Shown here in pieces: positions 41,319-44,122 of a stretch of 44,122 nt of DNA. This DNA is from Crenarchaeota archaeon 13_1_40CM_3_52_10. GTDB lineage: Archaea > Thermoproteota > Bathyarchaeia > 40CM-2-53-6. The DNA lies in NCBI GenBank assembly GCA_001918765.1, contig MNGO01000035.1:1-44122 (forward strand), in the 5' to 3' direction. Each line of letters opens with the position of its first letter. Within the stretch, counting starts at the first letter, position 1. The notes beneath the pieces were generated by a model, which searched no databases, was not told where the DNA came from, and was given only the letters and a program-made list of their open reading frames with translations. The position numbers and the translations under genes are program-made.

Positions 41319-42389
41319 TCAGCCTGAGTCATTCATCCACTCTAGCCATTCTCCGTGTGAGTGGCACCTCGCCAAGATTTTCTCTGTCTTGACGCCATCG
41401 CTGAATTCCGCGAGACCTACGAGAGGAGTTTCTGAGTCCGTGGCCCACTCCAACCAGACGAGGAACAGGTCTCTCTTCTTGGATCCTTTTGTTAGGAGTG
41501 CGTGTAGGTTCTCCCGTGGTTTCCCGCCCGCGAGGGTCAGGGTGAAAGAGTGGTAGATGCATAATGGTGCTTTCTCGGGGACTTTATCGATGAGGCTTGA
41601 TAGAAGCTCCAGGGCATTTCCAGTGATGATTCTCGGAGGAGCTTGCTTGACAAACTGGATGGCATGTTCCAGTTGTCTAGCTCGTTTCTGGTTGTCAGGC
41701 CAAACGAGAGCGCGCAACCATTGCACGTTCTCGGCGTTGTTGACGTCGATGGGTGAAAGGTCGATGCCTGTACGAGAGGCGACCTTCGGCAATTGCCCCG
41801 GTATCGGGGGACGCATTTCTCCGCGCAGGGAGCACTCGATCTTTACCGGTGAGTTTGGATCTCCACACTCTAGGCCGTTTCCGTACCGGTAGTGGTAGTG
41901 GTCCCAGAGCAAGGTCAGTCCTGCGCTGGAACCAATCTCAAACATGGCCATCGGCTGACGTTTCGTTTGGGCCGTTACGAGTTCAAAGGCCGGGACGAGC
42001 ACAGCGCAGCGTCCCACTTCGTTCGTCTGGACAGAATGAGTCATCATGATCTGGCGAATCTCTTCCCGGTGCTCAAGGACGAAGCTGCGGAAGTAGGGGT
42101 AGACGTAGTCGTAGTGCCGGGAGGAGTTGTTGAGACTGGGGTAGAAGGCTGCGAGCTGATGGTGCTCGCCTTTGAGCAGCAACAGATGTACGGCGGCAAA
42201 GAACAGGTTGGGGAGAGCAGCTTTCTCTTGAGCGCTGGCTGCTAAGCTGACGAGTTCAGGGTCCTCTGCAACTCTGAGAGCGAGATTCGTGTAGAGCGGT
42301 GACCGATCGGCGTAGATCTTGCCAGCAAAGTAGCGGAACCGCTCAGCGGTCTTGTCCAGAAGTAAAAGTGAGCCTGTTGACTCGCTCAT
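41319..42389 (-). CDS. DUF2332-like protein (probable SAM-methyltransferase-like fold)
   Basis: The ORF is 356 aa. The N-terminal pattern RFRYFAGKIYADRSPLYTNLALRVAEDPELVSL...PNLFFAAVHLLLLKG and the EIGSSAGLTLLWD segment match my recollection of DUF2332. Confidence 0.65.
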   Translation of the reverse strand: MSESTGSLLLLDKTAERFRYFAGKIYADRSPLYTNLALRVAEDPELVSLAASAQEKAALPNLFFAAVHLLLLKGEHHQLAAFYPSLNNSSRHYDYVYPYFRSFVLEHREEIRQIMMTHSVQTNEVGRCAVLVPAFELVTAQTKRQPMAMFEIGSSAGLTLLWDHYHYRYGNGLECGDPNSPVKIECSLRGEMRPPIPGQLPKVASRTGIDLSPIDVNNAENVQWLRALVWPDNQKRARQLEHAIQFVKQAPPRIITGNALELLSSLIDKVPEKAPLCIYHSFTLTLAGGKPRENLHALLTKGSKKRDLFLVWLEWATDSETPLVGLAEFSDGVKTEKILARCHSHGEWLEWMNDSG

Positions 42390-42487
42390 GGACCACTGTT
42401 TCTTGAAGCTGTTAATGGTAAACTTTCGGTCGTACAGTCCGCATAAGGTCGTGACCGCTAGAGTTTCGTCCGCCAGTTTTCTACCCG

Positions 42488-42975
42488 CTATTGCGTCTGG
42501 GCTACCTGTCGCAAGGCGTCGTACGCTACGTGGCCGTCGGGTTCACCCACGACTATTATGATATCGCCGTGGCCGAAGAAGGCATCGATTATGTTGACGT
42601 CGTTCCGGTGGAGAAGTTCTGTGATGTAAGATGTTATTCCAGGAGTGTCCCAGGCATTCGTGGGCAAGTACAGTGAGAGCTTGGCGACGTTCGGTTGAAC
42701 TGTGACGATATTGAGATGGCGCAGTTTCGTTCGAAGCAGTTCGTAATCCTCTGATGGTATTATGATCCTACATCTGCTATTCCATTTGAAGGGGAGATTC
42801 TATTGTTCTCCAATGCCCTTACAGGATCTAAGGATTTCAGTTCCTCTAAAGTATCTGAGAATCCCTTAATCGCTACGACTAGCGTCTTGATGGTAGGTTT
42901 CCGGCCCGTTAGCTGTTGGATGTTTGGCTGGATGAGCTCGGCAACTGAGTGGAAGTTCATGAGCTTCATCTTCAA
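42488..42975 (-). pseudogene. ACT-domain protein gene split by a frame change
   Basis: The N-terminal frame (42975-42760, 71 aa) ends at TAA. A second frame, open from 42799 to the TAG at 42488-42490, has no canonical start. It encodes IIIPSEDYELLRTKLRHLNIVTVQPNVAKLSLYLPTNAWDTPGITSYITELLHRNDVNIIDAFFGHGDIIIVVGEPDGHVAYDALRQ, a clear ACT-type fold pattern. The two frames overlap at 42760-42799. Confidence 0.5.
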
Positions 42976-43106
42976 GCATTGGTAAAGGGGGTAGTTCTTG
43001 GTGAGTATCTGCGTACGGCCATTGGAACGGTCATGTTCTTCTTTATGAGAGCCGCATTCTCAATCGCTTGTCGTTACTGTAATACCCGCGGTTCCGAGTT
43101 AAAAGG

Positions 43107-43114
43107 TTTATATA
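43107..43114 (+). promoter_or_regulatory. TATA box for the RAM-domain gene
   Basis: AAAAGGTTTATATAC (BRE-like purines + TTTATATA) lies about 35 nt upstream of ATG 43147, which implies a near-leaderless transcript. Confidence 0.4.
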
Positions 43115-43146
43115 CAAAGTAATAGGTGTTACTTGATTGCAATAAG

Positions 43147-43665
43147 ATGATATCTATGCAAAACACAAACTATCCCGCCTACGTCTTCGCAACCGTTAAT
43201 CACGGCATGACGAAGAACGTGGTCGAGGAGCTAAAGAACAACCCGAACATCGACCTCATCGCACCAGTCACCGGACGCTTCGACTTAGCACTCCGACTAA
43301 AGCAGAACACCCCAGAGCAAATCGTACAACTCGTCAGCCAGATCCGCCAAGTAAAAGGCATCCAGACAACCCAGACACTCTTCGGTTTCAACGGCATCAA
43401 CGGCGCTCACTTCCAGAACCAGATGCCACTCGGCATCAGCCTCTTCAACGTCACCACCCCATTCCAGACATTCGTCAACCAGCTCAAGAGCTTCCCAGGC
43501 CTCATCGAGGCATGGACAACCCCAGGCCAGTTCGACATCGTAGCACTCTGGCAGGCAAGGACTTCTGACGAGATCGTCAAGTCCGCCTTCGAGAAGTTCC
43601 CTACTCTACAAGGCATCACCCACAGCGAGACACTTCTCGCCCCCACACCACTCTTCAAACAATAA
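43147..43665 (+). CDS. Tandem RAM (Lrp/AsnC ligand-binding) domain protein without an HTH
   Basis: There are two beta-alpha-beta-beta-alpha-beta units: AYVFATVNHGMTKNVVEELKNNPNIDLIAPVTGRFDLALRLK... and ISLFNVTTPFQTFVNQLKSFPGLIEAWTTPGQFDIVALWQA... ATG 43147 is preferred over the track start GTG 43126 because of the TATA position. Confidence 0.7.
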   Translation: MISMQNTNYPAYVFATVNHGMTKNVVEELKNNPNIDLIAPVTGRFDLALRLKQNTPEQIVQLVSQIRQVKGIQTTQTLFGFNGINGAHFQNQMPLGISLFNVTTPFQTFVNQLKSFPGLIEAWTTPGQFDIVALWQARTSDEIVKSAFEKFPTLQGITHSETLLAPTPLFKQ

Positions 43666-43697
43666 ACATACCAGTTAGCTCCAAGACCAACCTCCCC

Positions 43698-43707
43698 TTT
43701 TTTCTTT
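43698..43707 (+). terminator. T-rich terminator (TTTTTTCTTT)
   Basis: It lies about 33 nt after the TAA at 43663-43665. Confidence 0.3.
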
Positions 43708-43777
43708 CGTCTCAAGCAGAGGATGCTCCGCCAGAGGTCAGCTCGCGACACCTAGCTTCGAAAGCTAAGCCTATCGG

Positions 43778-44122
43778 TCATCCGCCGAGAACTCGTGCGA
43801 GCAGTTTGAACATCGCGATATAGAAATTCCCCTCCAACGGTCTCAGAAACGGCCCTGTATCGAAATAGGGCCTGAGAACCCAGGCCATCTGGGTTCCAAC
43901 AAACACTTGGACCAAGAGGCTGATGAGGAAACCTTCTACCCAGCGACTGTTAGCGTGAAGGCTCTCCATTCCCGCGAACTGGTAGACTAGGCCCGCAATT
44001 CCTGCTATGGCGAATATTCCGACGTTGAGGAGGACTATGAAGGCGTAGGTCTGAAACCCCTGACCCGGTGTCGTCAGGATGAAGAAGAGGTTCACGGGAA
44101 CAAATGCAAGTAGCACTATTGA
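43778..44122 (-). CDS. Polytopic membrane protein, 5' end probably beyond the window
   Basis: The frame stays open to nt 44122. Hydrophobic helices are present (YAFIVLLNVGIFAIAGIAGLVYQF, LISLLVQVFVGTQMAWVL). No family was recognised. Confidence 0.45.
   Translation of the reverse strand, partial: SIVLLAFVPVNLFFILTTPGQGFQTYAFIVLLNVGIFAIAGIAGLVYQFAGMESLHANSRWVEGFLISLLVQVFVGTQMAWVLRPYFDTGPFLRPLEGNFYIAMFKLLARVLGG

Overview
This is a gene-dense archaeal chromosomal window. The archaeal hallmarks are ribosomal protein L10e, Dph2, a PAC2-family protein, an Mre11/Rad50-type pair, a METTL5-like methyltransferase, PEP synthase and CoaBC. All three stop codons terminate well-defined genes, so the genetic code is standard. 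I support about 45 CDS. I saw no rRNA, tRNA, CRISPR array, transposase or integrase. The stretch 1-28 kb is mostly transport and metabolism: CDF transporter, ICL/PEPM enzyme, hydantoinase A/B, MMPL exporter, two CN-hydrolases, ppsA and coaBC. The stretch 28.7-44 kb looks more accessory. It holds an orphan SPPY DNA methyltransferase, an RHH protein, several small zinc-ribbon ORFs, a divergent GHKL ATPase + coiled-coil + DUF2332-like trio, a frameshifted ACT-domain gene and a tandem RAM-domain protein. The most interesting observations are these. (1) The Rad50-type ATPase has no CxxC zinc hook. At the exact coiled-coil apex it carries a two-helix transmembrane hairpin, and it is paired with an Mre11-type nuclease that has an atypical motif III. 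No herA/nurA genes are present in the window. (2) A ~260-nt non-coding element occurs twice in inverted orientation (7031-7305 and 20580-20836), with conserved blocks and internal GGGCGA sub-repeats. (3) An identical 19-nt dyad motif sits at the 5' ends of two loci that together look like a split transcobalamin-like corrinoid-capture module. (4) Three tightly packed downstream genes have conserved N-termini that precede any ATG/GTG/TTG (CTG or ATT starts, one overlapping the upstream stop as CTGA). (5) The GHKL/coiled-coil/DUF2332 cluster. All family assignments were made by eye from the translations and need profile searches to confirm.
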